From Podarcis vaucheri (lineage: Eukaryota), in the NCBI GenBank assembly GCA_965113315.1, contig OZ220368.1: 64,000 nt of DNA, one strand, 5' to 3'. The notes under the pieces were generated by a model. The model was given only the letters and a program-made list of their open reading frames with translations, had not been told where the DNA came from and did not search any database. Shown one piece after another: positions 38,086 through 50,401 of the stretch. Position numbers and translations under genes: made by a program. Within the stretch, counting starts at the first letter, position 1, and each line of letters starts with the position of its first letter.

Positions 38086-38879
38086 TTCCACTGAAATCAA
38101 GGAAACATCAGTGAGTTGGGGATCTGTTAATAGCAGCTCTTTTTAAAGGTAGGCTTGAACCTCTACAATGGCACAAAGGAATATGGACATCTGACAATTC
38201 ATTTACTACCAGACCCTGAAGATTAAATGCTTGGAAGTGTGACTTAATTGCTAAGTCACTGGAAAGGGACCTCCAGTCCATTGGCTCCATCATGCCTGGG
38301 GGTCGGGGGGTTCTGATTTGGCCTGTGAGGCCATTTCACCAAGCCATGCCCACCCCACCCCCCATATATGACAACATACAACTGCACCTGCAAAGAAACA
38401 GTCAGAAGTCTTAAAATGCACTTCTGATTGTCCCTTGGCAAGTGGAGCTTGTATTTAATGCTTTTGAAATCTGACACCAAATGCAAGCCCCACTGGGATT
38501 CTTTCCACTGAGGAGCTACCGAACCATGGCGACACTCTGGAGTTTAGGAGTTTTGGAATGGGAACTCCAGTCTAGCTGATCCAAGCAGGACCTCAACCTT
38601 TGCTTGGATCTCCCTTCTCAGTTTAGCTTTGCAGACGCCGTCAGGAGTTGGGGACCTCAGGGCTGGGCTGAAAAGATTCTCCAACCCGGTGCTAAGTCAC
38701 AGGTTGACACAGGACGATTTGCAAATACAAGAAGATGCTTAGCTTTCTCCCTTTCCCAAGTGGGGTCACCAGAAAGAAAAGACAAAAGCTTCTTTACCTT
38801 AGCAGCTGTGCAAAAGGTGAAATGTTGACAGCTGCAGGTTTTCTTATAGCTGCAGCACTAGGATTTGACAAGTGACACC

Positions 38880-39640
38880 CCCCTCATTTGAAGCTCAGTA
38901 TGTCCAAGACTGAAATTCTCACATTTCTTCCCATTTTCTCTTCTCCTTGTATTCTTTCCTTATCAATTGACAAAGTTGCCATCCACCCAGTTGAACAGGC
39001 CTGTTGCCTTTGTTCTCCATACTCAAGCTATAGACACGGCGTGTTGCAGCAACAGACTTCGGTCTTTCAAATTTCACCAATACCCTGTGTAAGGCCAAAA
39101 TTCGGAACGCGCCCCCTCACCTTCCGTTCTGCTCAATCCACATCATAGCAACACCCTGCAGCGCCCCCTAGGCTCAGAGCCCAGTGTGGCAGAACCAGTC
39201 ACGCTGCCCTAAACCCACTTTTGTTGTGCTGCATCACCTGTTGCAGCATTGCATCCTATCTGTTCCCTTGCAATCACTCTGATCTGCATCTTTCTTGACT
39301 AGGCTACTGCATCCTTATATTTGGTCTTGCATTGCCTCACCTTGGTCCCTTCACCTGTATCCTGCACTTGGTTCCCAAAATCATTCACCTCTCATTACTC
39401 TGGCCACGTGTCCCCAACTCCTTAAATCGTTACAATAACATCCTGCCTGTTCCCAGGTCCAGCACAAACTCCTTGCCCTTGCCTCTACACCACTGCATTA
39501 TCTTTCTTTTTCACTGACATTCCTAATACATCCCTGCTGCCTGCAAACTTAGCTCCTCCTGTTCCAATACCTGGGTGGTGCCGCCTCTCGTTTCTTTCCA
39601 ATCCTTCCTTAAAACCCACGTCTTCTGTAAGTCCTTTCAT
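38880..39640 (+). mobile_element. Old L2 LINE 3' fragment, interrupted
   Basis: LKLSMSKTEILTF (LKLNxxKTE motif) and tccttccttaaaacccac end motif. Confidence 0.65.
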
Positions 39641-39729
39641 ACAACCTTCTGATTGTCATGGCTTACTGTAATTCAGCTTGTAACCATGTGCAACAGATGA
39701 CCATCTGTCACATATGCTTTAATTGAGAT

Positions 39730-39793
39730 TTCTGCATTGCAGGGGCTTGGACTAGAGGACCCTCAGGGTCCCTTCCAATTCTGTGATTCTATG
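39730..39793 (+). mobile_element. CR1 3' terminus
   Basis: ttggactagaggaccctcagggtcccttccaattctgtgattctatg: CR1 terminal hairpin and (ATTCTRTG)n. Confidence 0.85.
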
Positions 39794-39839
39794 CCACCAA
39801 AACAATTGCATGTTACTTCCCTGTTTATTGTTTTCTCCA

Positions 39840-39844
<5 letters not shown>

Positions 39845-39880
<36 letters not shown>
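39845..39880. repeat. (AG)n microsatellite
   Basis: Visible directly in sequence. Confidence 0.95.
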
Positions 39881-39881
<1 letters not shown>

Positions 39882-40960
39882 CTTTTGCCCATAACAACTC
39901 AGTAAGCATGTGACAGAGCAAATAGTTAAACCATTGTCTGCAGAATATCCCCAAAGAGGAGGATTTTGTTCTGGCTAAGTTTCACGAACCAGATCCAAGC
40001 TGTTTGTTGTCCACAATCCAGTTTCTATCATCAAACCTTAAATGACTTCCTTTTCTGGGACTGTAACACCCACTACTGCATATCTTCCTGACATGCTGTG
40101 TATGCTGCAGCAAATTTGTAAATTTCTGAATGTGTCAGATGAGTATTTGATTGCAATTGCACTCACTTCAAAGTGGGAGCATCTCATTTGACCACAGGTG
40201 TGCTTTATTGGAGTATAAAGTCATACAAAGATTATTCAATTTTCCTTTTGGCAGAGTTTTGCCTGGTCCACTCCACCATGAAGCTAGAAGGAACCCATGC
40301 CACTGACATCCATCTGTCTTGAGCTTTTGTAGCAGTCACTACTCCGGTACCAAAGAAAGACACTTGGGATAAAAAAAATCTGCTGGCAAGACTGACAAAC
40401 CCAGCAAGCTATTCTGATTTCTTTTGCAGTTTGAAGAAAGCCTTAAGATGGGTTTCCCCCCTCCTCTTTAAGTTGTTACATAAACTTATCCTAGGTTTGT
40501 TGTCTCACTTTGGCTTCATCTCTCAAGTCTCTGCAGAGAGCCCACCAAAGTTTGGCTCAAATCCGGCGCCTGTCTCAGCAAAGTACAGCAAGAGAGATGT
40601 ATAAAGTTTCTTCTGCTTAAGAAGCCAGAACATACTGGTTTTGTCTTGAGGTCCAGAATAGCATCTCTGCCTCCCAAAGCCCTGTATCTGCAGCACCGGT
40701 GGTGAATTATGTGCCCAGCAGCGCTAGGAAGGTTCAGGGGTTGTTTTCCAGAAAAAGCAATTAGACATGCACAGTGCCTGTGGCTCTCTTGCTGTGAGGC
40801 ACTGTTACACCCTCCAATTAACAGGTTATGCATGTTTAGGTGTGCATAACGAGTTTTCAAGCAGCCGCGGCAAAAACAAAAAATCAAGGAAGCTGTTCTC
40901 TGTCCTCCAAGTTGTCATGCTATTATCAGAGAATAAAAAGTGCAGAAAACAAAAACTCAC

Positions 40961-41100
40961 CTCTGTTTAGCTGGTAGTGATGAGTGTCTGGAGAAAAGCG
41001 TTTCTCTTGTTGCCCCCCCAAAGGCTCCGCTTGCTCATGCCATGTCAATTACACACTCGAAGCGCCGAACACTTTCCCCCTTTCCCAAGTCAGATCCTTT
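40961..41100 (-). other. PODN: Inferred PODN non-coding first exon (5' boundary unknown)
   Basis: Near-consensus donor GAG|GTGAGT at 40961/40960; locally more CpG, with pyrimidine-rich promoter-like sequence upstream; the coding exon begins with an acceptor 5 nt before the ATG, so an upstream exon is expected. Confidence 0.55.
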
Positions 41101-42274
41101 CCAGATGTGATCAGCAGAACTAGAAAGGGAGAGGGGGGGAGAGAGGAATAGGCAACTCTCTCTCCCAAAGAGAATTTCCTGTCCTTTCCTATGCAGAGAG
41201 GAATTTTCCAAAGTCACCATATGGGAAAATGTAAGAGAAGAGAGTGGAAGAGGGGGCAGGAGGCAGAAGAGGAGGGAGAAATTAATAGCTGTATGTATTC
41301 AGTGGCTTGGACAAAGATTAAACTTCCAGCCACTTTTTATCAGCACAACTCGTAGGAATAACAAGGAAAAGGAGAAGGAGCAGCAATCTATACATGAGGC
41401 GGACAGAGCAAAGGGTTTCAAAGAGTGTGTGTTTTCTCGACAGTCCTGCCTCCTGAACTGTTTGACATTTTTGCCTCTACATTTTGGTGGCTACCCAACT
41501 TGGGTTGCCTGAATAAAGTAATATTCTTGCTAGTTTTTAAGGTGTCACAATATTTTCTCTTTGTTTTTGAATTTTAAAAAGGGAACAGATGTCATTCATT
41601 CATTCCTCCCATCCCTTTCCTTTGGCTTTCCAATATACTGACAGGTCTTTATTATGTGAGACTTCAGGCAACTTGGGAGTCCCCTCAGTGAGACATTTGC
41701 CTCCTATTCTGTTTCTGCCACTTTTTCTTTAGGATACCATAATCAGCAGCAAGCACTATCTCCACATTGTCATTTTTTCCACGGGAGAGCTACGTTTTCT
41801 CTGTAATGTAACACGATTTGTGAGCCACAGTCACACCGGCACTTCCAGAGACCACGCAAATTTAAATGGGAATTTTCTTTCACAGAAACGGCATGGATTA
41901 AAAGACACCATACACTACAAATAATTTCCCCTCTTGTAACCTTAACATACCTGTGAGAAGCCTGCAGGAAACCACTCCCCTTTGGGTCCTTGCTGGGCAT
42001 CAAAAATTCCTCAGTCTTCCTTTCCCAATTCACATGAGCATTTGCTCAGACTAAAGTCTTATTGTTTCCTCTCCCTCCACCTTCCCCACCCCCAAAATCT
42101 TGGCTTACTTTAACTGGAATGGATCCACCTCTGGACCATTAAGCTATTCCCAAAAGCTGGTGTGAGGGAAGTGAATATTTGTATAAAGCAAACTGGCTGC
42201 TTGATGCAAAATGACTCAGATCTACGGTTTAGCCTGAACTCTATGACCTCAGGACCACACATGCAACAACAGTA

Positions 42275-42281
<7 letters not shown>

Positions 42282-42328
<47 letters not shown>
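42282..42328. repeat. (AC)n microsatellite
   Basis: Visible directly in sequence. Confidence 0.95.
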
Positions 42329-42329
<1 letters not shown>

Positions 42330-42362
42330 CATGTATGTATGGTGAGTTTGGAGGCCTTAAAT

Positions 42363-42498
42363 CAGTGATGGCCAAACTCAGCCCTCCAGATGTTTTGGGA
42401 CTACAACTCCCATCATCCCTAGCTAACAGGACCAGTGGTCAGGGATGATGGGAATTGTATTTCCAAAACATGTGGAGGGCCAAGTTTGGCCATTACTG
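42363..42498. mobile_element. Palindromic hAT MITE, 136 bp, with perfect 8-bp TSD
   Basis: TIRs CAGTGATGGCCAAACT / AGTTTGGCCATTACTG; TSD CCTTAAAT on both sides; decayed relatives near 15165, 18625, 28435, 30920, 48285, 50695 and 57997. Confidence 0.92.
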
Positions 42499-42676
42499 CC
42501 TTAAATCAAAACAGGGAATAGTATAGCCTTATCCAGTTCCCCACACCTGACTTAATCATAGTGCATGAAAAAGATGCCCTCAGTTGGCATTTGCTTTAAA
42601 AGCATTTCTCAAACCTTTTGAACCCAAGCAGCATTTTTAAGCTTCCTATTGCCCACACCTCAATATGGGCAAACTA

Positions 42677-42885
42677 AGGGCTCATCCATACTTTATTTTG
42701 TGCTATGTTTCTAGGCACAGGTCCATGCTGCAAAGTGCTGCATCTGAGCACTTACTTTGGGAAACCTGAATTGCCATTTGTTCCGATTTAGCATTAAAGA
42801 GCAGGCTTTTGTGGGGAAAGCGCTGGGGGTGTGTGTGCTCAGACCTGTGCCTAGAAAGCGAGGAGCATAATGTAAGTGTGGAAGG
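42677..42885. mobile_element. Old inverted-repeat (MITE-like) element
   Basis: Perfect 16-bp inverted repeat tttctaggcacaggtc / gacctgtgcctagaaa, extending imperfectly outward. Confidence 0.6.
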
Positions 42886-43089
42886 AGTGGTGGCAGGGCC
42901 ATTATATGATTTCTGTTTTACCTCAGGCAGTAAAATGTTGTGGGCCAGCCTTGCTTCCTCCTATAAGCATCTCATCTTACACAAAGTTCTAGCCGAGGCT
43001 TTAAAGGGTATAAAGATTATTCTGGGATTCTACTGTCCTTATTTTGAACAGCAAAATTTCTATCTGCTTCCTACATCCATTATTTAATA

Positions 43090-43322
43090 CTGTGGAACCT
43101 TGGTTGTCGAACATCTCCTTAGTCGAACGTTTCAGCTTTTGAATGCCGAAAACGCAGAACTGCTCCAGTTTTGGAACGATTTTCTGAAGCCATACTTGCG
43201 CCACGGCTTCTGTTTTAAGTTTCCCTATTGTATTGAGGCTTCCGTATTGTGTTTTCAGTTTACGTTTCAGAAGTTGAACTGTCTTTCAGAACAGATTAAG
43301 TTCGAAAACAGAGGTTCCACTG
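43090..43322. mobile_element. Tc1/mariner (Tigger-like) MITE, 233 bp
   Basis: TIRs CTGTGGAACCTTGGTTGTCGAAC / GTTCGAAAACAGAGGTTCCACTG with TA flanks. Confidence 0.88.
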
Positions 43323-44529
43323 TATTTTGATGGTCAGTTTTGAGTCAACAGCACCTAGTTTACTTGAGAGTTGTTTTTTTTAAACACACCTCTCATTTTG
43401 CATACATAAAGTGTTTGTGCTGCATACTTTTGCTTCTGCCATGGCAACAGGTCTTACAAGTTTATAACAGGGACGATATCACTACCTCAAGTACCAAATG
43501 GGTTCTGAAACCTCTCTTCCAACGGATTGCAGAATGCTTGAAGAGCGCTAGTGTGAAATTGGCTGAGTTCCTGGGCAAATGACTACATCTGATTTATTGT
43601 GTGGAAGGAAGACACATTACAGAGCTGCAAAAAATGTGTTAGGCAATGAATTAGTCTTTCCTAATGTGTGAAGTGGGCAATAATCGGTTGCTGTGCATAA
43701 GTCTCTACCACATAGGATTAAGAGAAGAAGATGGTTATTTGGCAGACTGAATAATGCTATTTTTCTGAGGTTGAGAATGGGTCTTCTACCACAGTTGTTG
43801 TACCAACACTGACCACCTTTACAACACCTTTAGAGCAGAATGCCAAGCTGTGGCGCAACCAAGGCCAAAGGGGTCCAGCATTTTAAACTGCCACTTTTCA
43901 CAAGTTACAAAGACTTCAAGCTAAACTCTAGTGCCGCCTGGACAAGTGGCACATCTGTTTGTGTTTGCGAAGGATTACACAAATTGGTTCCAGACTACAT
44001 GGGATTTGTTTTCAGTGTTTGTCTTCCACATGTGGAAATCTTACTTGTCCCTGTTGAATGAGTAGCTTTAACACCCAAGTTGGCACTTTTATCACAACCA
44101 GAAAGAATAGCTTTTCATTAAAAGCTGCTTTTACTCAAATATTGGTGACCATATCAGCATACATGTTGAAAGGAAAAGAAAGCTTATACTTGAAGCTTTT
44201 AGACTTTGACATAGTAAGGTCTCCCCATCAGAAAAATCTACAAGAATTTGTTTTGCCAGAATTAAAAAAAAAAAAGCTCTACCAGCTTTATTAAATGCAG
44301 TTTCTGCCCCTCAAAATGTATAGGTAGAAAGCACCTCAGTGAGTGGTTCCTTATGTTTTCTCTGGTTAACGTGAACATAGGTTTAGATTGTCGAGAGCTG
44401 TGCACGGCTTTAAGCAAAATAATTCAGTCTGCTCTTCAGCAATACCAAGCGCCTGAAAGCCTGCACCTGTACATACACCTTCATATTTAGTCTCTTACCA
44501 CTTAATCACTGTTGCCCAAACACATTAGC

Positions 44530-45270
44530 TGCTTTCACTGCAAAGTACAGTACAGTATTGTGTCTGAGCTGACATCGGATAACATGGTGGGAATGTGAGC
44601 TTGGGAGAGGGTATCTTTGTTTGAGACCCTGTGATGCCCAAAATCTTCCTGATGCAGTGCATATGGAAGGCATTGAGACATTGCTTCTAAGAGTAAGCTC
44701 CCCACATTTCACTTCCATAAAGCAGTGTGCTCAACATGGAAGTATGGTAGACCTTCATCTTGGTGTTGGATATTGGCATCACATTCTCCCATACCCTTCT
44801 GGAGAGGCAAGCCATTGCTGTAGCTGCCTATCCAGTATGCTTGTCCAACTCAGTATCGATGGAGAGGTTGGTGTCCTGGTGGAGCCCAGGACAACAAAAT
44901 CTCAAATGTGTGGTCTTCCATGATAATGCATGGAGTGCTGGTGACATCCTGATCCAGAATGTTCATCTTTCTCAGGCTGATCGTGAGGCTGAACTCCATG
45001 CAGGCTTGGGCAAAACAGTTGATGCGTCTCTAAAAAGCCTCCTTGGAGCTTCCTTCTGTCAAGGCTGCATGATCTGTAAACAACATCTCTTGGACAAGAA
45101 CCCGCCACACTTTTGTCTTGGAATGGAGGACATGCCAGGTTGAACAGAATAGAGGTACACATCGTCTTCAGTCAAGCTGAAGACATAGGAGAGCAACAGG
45201 GAGAAGAACATAAAGAGTTGAGCTGAGAACATAGCCCTGTTTCACACCATTCTTTATAAGGAAGACACCC
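44530..45270 (-). mobile_element. Degenerate RTE-clade LINE RT fragment
   Basis: Minus strand GVKQGYVLSSTL (GVKQGCVLAPTLF motif), EMLFTDHAA (LFADD-like) and FAQACMEFSLTISLRK; frameshifted. Confidence 0.8.
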
Positions 45271-46714
45271 GAGGATGCAAATTAATACTAATACTAATAC
45301 TAGTACTTTGCTAGCTGCGTGGAAGCAGCTATGCCAGAGGGTAGGGTAGAGTTATATTTTTTAAAGAATCTAGAATTATGCTGATAATACCCATGTATTC
45401 AACTCTATCTCATAATAATTTAAAGGGGATATCAAGTTAAGCAAATTTTAATTCCACCAGAGCATAACAGAAAATCCAAGCAAGACTGGGCTGTACTGAA
45501 TTATAAGTTAAATTATTATCAAAATGATCTTTTGCTAGCTTAAAATTTTGGAACCTGAAGCTTGTGCTTAGAGGCACATGAACTTCATCATGTTGGGTTC
45601 CCATCACTATTATCATTTTAGGAGGCTAGAAAATGAAATAAAGATGTGAGGCACAAGCTTCATGTGAATCTGACTTCAGTTGGTATAAAGACACCATTGT
45701 TATTTACCAGGGTCAAAAATGTGTGGTCAAATTTAACCTAAGAAAAGTGGCCATCTTAGTTCTGTAATGCATTAAGCAGCATCCCAAGCCATGGTCTTAC
45801 TGCTGCTTCACACCAAGTTCTGCACTGATATACAGATACCAGAATCATAACATATGAATTTGTGTGACAAAACCAGCCATGTTTCCATTAAATTACAGAG
45901 GAGGAGACTCAATCATTTCCTAGTCTCAAGTTCATGTGTCTTTAGATGGAACATGGCTATCAGGTGCCTAAAAATACAATTTAAACTATGCTAAACAGCT
46001 GGTTCCTGAGTCCATTACATTCGCTACCTAACATGAAGACAGGTATTTTTCTGCTGAAACAGGATGCTCACATATTCTGTTTATACACATCTGTTTCCAA
46101 TTTACCATAATATATAGTCTACTACTGAGTACAGTTTCTCTTTTTCCAAGATTCTCATAATTATACAATGCAAAGGCATTTAAAAAAGGATATATATACA
46201 CATCACACCTGTCAGAGCAGCAGCAGGGAAATGTTTTTGGCAAGAGGATTACTAAAGCACAGAATGTAGAAATGCTTAGGGATTCCAGAGGTATTTCAAT
46301 GTGGAATAACATTTAAGAGACGCATTTGACTTCTGACCCTGGGCTACTGTTTAGAGCAGAATAGAAGGAAAAGCAACTTGTTTCACTGGCCTACAATGCA
46401 GTTTCAGTTTTGAACAGCCTACTCCATGAACTGTAACACAGAGGCCTGCATAATCTACAAAGCACTGCAGTGGCTTTCCATGCTAACACGAAAGTAACAG
46501 TCTGTTGAACCAAATGTTGCATACATTCCAGTGTCATCTGATCTTAACCATGCAACTTCTATGTAATGTGCACTCGGTTATAATCAAATAAAAATTGCCA
46601 AAAAACCCCAGCTCAAACTGAAGAATCGATTTAAATTTAGTATGGAAGCTTTCAAATCAGAACACATTACTGCCAAACAGAATGACTTAAAAATGAATAG
46701 TATTTATATATGAA

Positions 46715-46720
46715 TTTATT
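46715..46720 (-). terminator. Candidate SCP2 distal polyadenylation signal
   Basis: AATAAA on the minus strand, about 950 nt after the stop, in AU-rich sequence. Confidence 0.5.
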
Positions 46721-47080
46721 AAAGAATCATCAGTTTCCAGAACTCTGTATAGCACAGTTAAAACCAAACAAGTGCTTAAAAAGTGCTACCCTTTACCCTT
46801 GTAAGCATATGTTACGGAGAAAGCACTACAATTAAATGTTATTGCAATTAATGCGAACCATCTGATTTCCAATATGATAAAACAACCCTTCATATGGGAA
46901 TTTGGAAATTCTATTCAGTGAAGGCTAGGATCCAAAGAAATCAATATAACTAGTTCTCCTTACCTATGGGAGCTTTGGAGTTCTGTTTCTACAGCATTCA
47001 CCCACAATACCACCTTCGAAACCAGGTAGTGTTTCAAAAGCAGTCTGATATGACAGGCGTGTGTGTGTGCCTGTTACTCA

Positions 47081-47125
47081 AAGGAAGGAAGGAAGGAAGG
47101 AAGGAAGGAAGGAAGGAAGGAAGGA
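47081..47125. repeat. (AAGG)n microsatellite in the SCP2 3' UTR region
   Basis: Visible directly in sequence. Confidence 0.95.
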
Positions 47126-47455
47126 CCTCACTTGAGTATGTCCAAGCCCTAGGGCCTACCTAAAATAGTTCTCTGGATCCCAGCCAAAGTAAAAAAGTAT
47201 TTCTTTGAGCTACTATGGAAGTATTCTTAAGATACAAATGAAATTGTTTAAGAATTGTTTTGCCAAACAGGTGATATTCTCTATCACTCTTCCTACTTTT
47301 TAAACTTCACAAGAATTTATGGGAGGCTGATCCCTTGATTTAGATTGTTTTTTTTTAAAAAAAATGGTTTCAGGTGAGATAAAATCAGGGCTTGTTATAC
47401 ATCATGCTGGTGTTGACCATTATAAACAGTCAAAGGCTATGCCAACAACTAATAT

Positions 47456-47461
47456 TTTATT
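47456..47461 (-). terminator. Candidate SCP2 proximal polyadenylation signal
   Basis: AATAAA on the minus strand, about 200 nt after the stop, followed by GU-rich sequence (tagttgttggc...ctttgactgttt). Confidence 0.55.
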
Positions 47462-47662
47462 CACTTTGCGATCGTTTAGGCTGATTTATGGAACACAGTG
47501 CCAAAATTCCCATTGAACAGAGGCCTCAGGAAAGCTAGAGTTGATCACACCTATTCAGAAAACCTGTCCCATGCTACTTCCAACATCTAGTTCCTGCTTA
47601 GTTTTTATATATATATATTAAACACGTTGTTCACATCTAAATTGCATCTTCAAGTTGGTGGT

Positions 47663-47758
47663 TCAAAGTTTAGCTTTGACCGGTTGAAGCTGTAGGTTCT
47701 GTAGCTTCATAGCCATGCCCATGTTCCCAGAAATCTTCAATTTGCCTTGAAAGAAAGC
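47663..47758 (-). CDS. SCP2: SCP2 terminal coding exon ending in PTS1 (AKL) and TGA
   Basis: tttcttctag| acceptor; [31 protein letters not shown]. Confidence 0.97.
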   Translation of the reverse strand, partial: AFFQGKLKISGNMGMAMKLQNLQLQPVKAKL

Positions 47759-48816
47759 CTAGAAGAAATTTAAAAAGAGATTGAATTACATTTTCCAAGT
47801 AAATGCTTCTTATTTTTCCTCCTTGGATCACTTCTTCCGAGTTCAAATCCAAGTAATCTGAGAGACTGCCATAAAATATTTTAAATTTTAGACTGCCTTC
47901 TCTAAATGCGTGCAAAACCTTCCACAGACAACATATATGAAAAAGGAGAAAAAGATCAAGTGCCTATAGAATTGCATATAGTCATCTGTGATGACTACAT
48001 GACTTTGAGATACACAATGACCCCTTCTGCATGTCATTGTAGAACATAAACAATGCCCTTACTGTGAACTAGTGGTGCACTATTGAACACTTGAATTGCA
48101 ACTGAGTTACAGGCCTTGGCCAACTCTGACATGCAAACCAGTGCTCATGGTTTGCTTCTCCAAAAAAAAAAACCACAATCAGTAACCCACGAACAAAACT
48201 TGGCTTACCATGAGGTGTGAATGAATGCAGCCAATGAGAAAAAGCTGTTAGTTTGTCTACACCTGATGAAACCCTTCCACTGTTCAAAATGGCGCCCTCC
48301 GGGTGTTGTTGGACTCCAACTCCCATCAGCCCCAGCCAGCATGGCCAATAATCATGGATGATGGGACTTAAGTCCACCAAGATCTAGAGGGCACCATGTT
48401 GACTGCCACCAGTTTTCATTATTGGACAGAAATCACACAGAGTTCTATCACTGGCATTAGTGACCTCAGGGGAGAATTTTCTGTTTGTTCATACTGAAGA
48501 AACAATGTTGTAAATCAAGCCAACTAATAATAAAAAAGCCTTTTCAAAAAGGAACATTTCCATCTGCACAAAAGTGACTGCCAGCTAAGTGCTTTGCCAA
48601 ATGCTTTCGAAACACTTTTAATGAAAATAGCCTGTGTTTGCCCATCTGCAGCAATTCTGATGTGAACAGGTGGTGAATTAAGTCAACCATCATTCAGTCT
48701 AAAGAACTTGGGAGGAAAAGGAACACAGGTTGTTCTCATTAGTTTTCTGCTATAAAATAAGCCTGCAGATCAATTAAACTAGAAGGATAATAGCACTTCC
48801 TCTGAATTTCACTTAC

Positions 48817-48896
48817 TGTCTGCGGATTCATCTTGCCAGTCATCAGAGCCAGCAAATCGGCGTCAGCCATTGTAATTGTACAGTCAGCTTTCTTAT
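48817..48896 (-). CDS. SCP2: SCP2 coding exon (about exon 15), 80 bp
   Basis: ttttacag| ... |gtaagt; [27 protein letters not shown]. Confidence 0.97.
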
Positions 48897-50271
48897 CTGT
48901 AAAAAGTGGACAGATGACTTGAAACAAAACGGTCAGGAAATTTATTTATTTTTAAAGGACTATTTTAAGGTTATTTTGCTTTCTAACAGAGAAGCCTTAA
49001 TGCAGATCCGCTCCCCTTATCAAGGAAGTCACTCTTAGCTTCATACATTGCTGATACTGCCAATTCATAGCCACAGAAGCCAAGTTGTAAAATTCAGCTC
49101 ATTTAAATATTGTCATTGACTTGGATCCAGAAACTCCACTCATGGGACCCTCCTGCTGGAGGAAGTGGGGAGGGAGAAAAACACAATTCTCTCATATTTC
49201 TCCACTCCCCTGCAGACACCTGTGTATCCTGAAAAACTGCTCTGAAAAGCCCTGACGTCCTGCTTGTGAGCTTTTCATGGGCATCTGCTTGGCCATGGTG
49301 GAAAACAGGATGCAAAACTCAACTGGCTTTGGTCTTACTAAGCCTCTGTAGGATCTCAGTCTCACCTGTGAACAGAAGCAGCTTGCTAAAGGGACACTCT
49401 GGGTCTAAACCATTACATTGTTATAGGTTCTGGATGCCAGAGTTTGTGGGTGCAAGTCACCTGTAACTCTTGGGTTCAGAAAGTTAGAATTAATCAAGGT
49501 TTGACTGAATGATGGTTGGAGCTTCTTGGAATTCAAGGCTGCAGCAATGGGAGGTACAGGACCCCTTTGGCATGTGAAAGTGCTGTTTTCCCACAGTCTA
49601 GACTAAGTTGTATATATATGTAAATAAACCATATAACATAAAGATCAAAGGGAAAATGGGCCCTGGGGTAAGTGCCTGGAACCCACTGAAATCTCGCAAT
49701 GCTGTGGAGGATAGGAGTGTCAATATCAGTTTCATCTGCAGCAGTAACCACAACACACTTCAAACCTTTTCATTACTAGTTTAACAGCAGTATCATCCAC
49801 AGGATTCCATGATTGCTAAATGGGATTAATTTCCTAGTTAAGTGTACATAGGAATGCAGCCTTACTGGCATTTAATAGAACAGGCAGACCTTGTTCTTGC
49901 TGCTCTTTAACCACATGTATTGCATAAACATTTATGGATTGCAGAGAGTTCTTTGAACAGATGCTATCTTGCCAATGTCATTTTCGAGCAATGCAACTGA
50001 TCTATGTCCAAGGGCAAATCGCCATTTATCTTCGCCTGATAAATGGGGCCCAATCCAAAGTCCAATGGAAAAAAATGCAGTACATATTTCTTTCCCTACA
50101 GCAGTATTGGCTCTTTTCAAATGATTATTTTTGCACAATTAATATACAGTTGTTACTCACGTGCCACCCTTTAATTAAACATTTTGCAACCAAACCTACA
50201 GTACTTAAAGTAGTATTACCTTACACTGCAATAAAATATTAATATTTTGTGGTGGCAAAAGCAGTACTGAC

Positions 50272-50401
50272 CTGAGTCGAAATCCACACAGCCTTTACCA
50301 TTTTTCACATCAACCACCCAAGTTGCTTCTTTACCTCCAGGGCCCTCTTTTACTTTGAAGGCAAATATACCACCAATTTTCTTGACATACTGTTCCCCTT
50401 C
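50272..50401 (-). CDS. SCP2: SCP2 coding exon (about exon 14), 130 bp
   Basis: attgcag| ... |gtcagt; [43 protein letters not shown]. Confidence 0.97.

Noticed and set aside
38798-38831. Possible extra 5'-UTR micro-exon of PODN (cag|...AAG|GTAAAG)
   Set aside because: The acceptor lacks a pyrimidine tract and there is no other support
47640-47665. Stop-codon readthrough at the SCP2 TGA
   Set aside because: Context is TGA-ACC, not the TGA-CTA(G) readthrough motif, and PTS1 is already terminal
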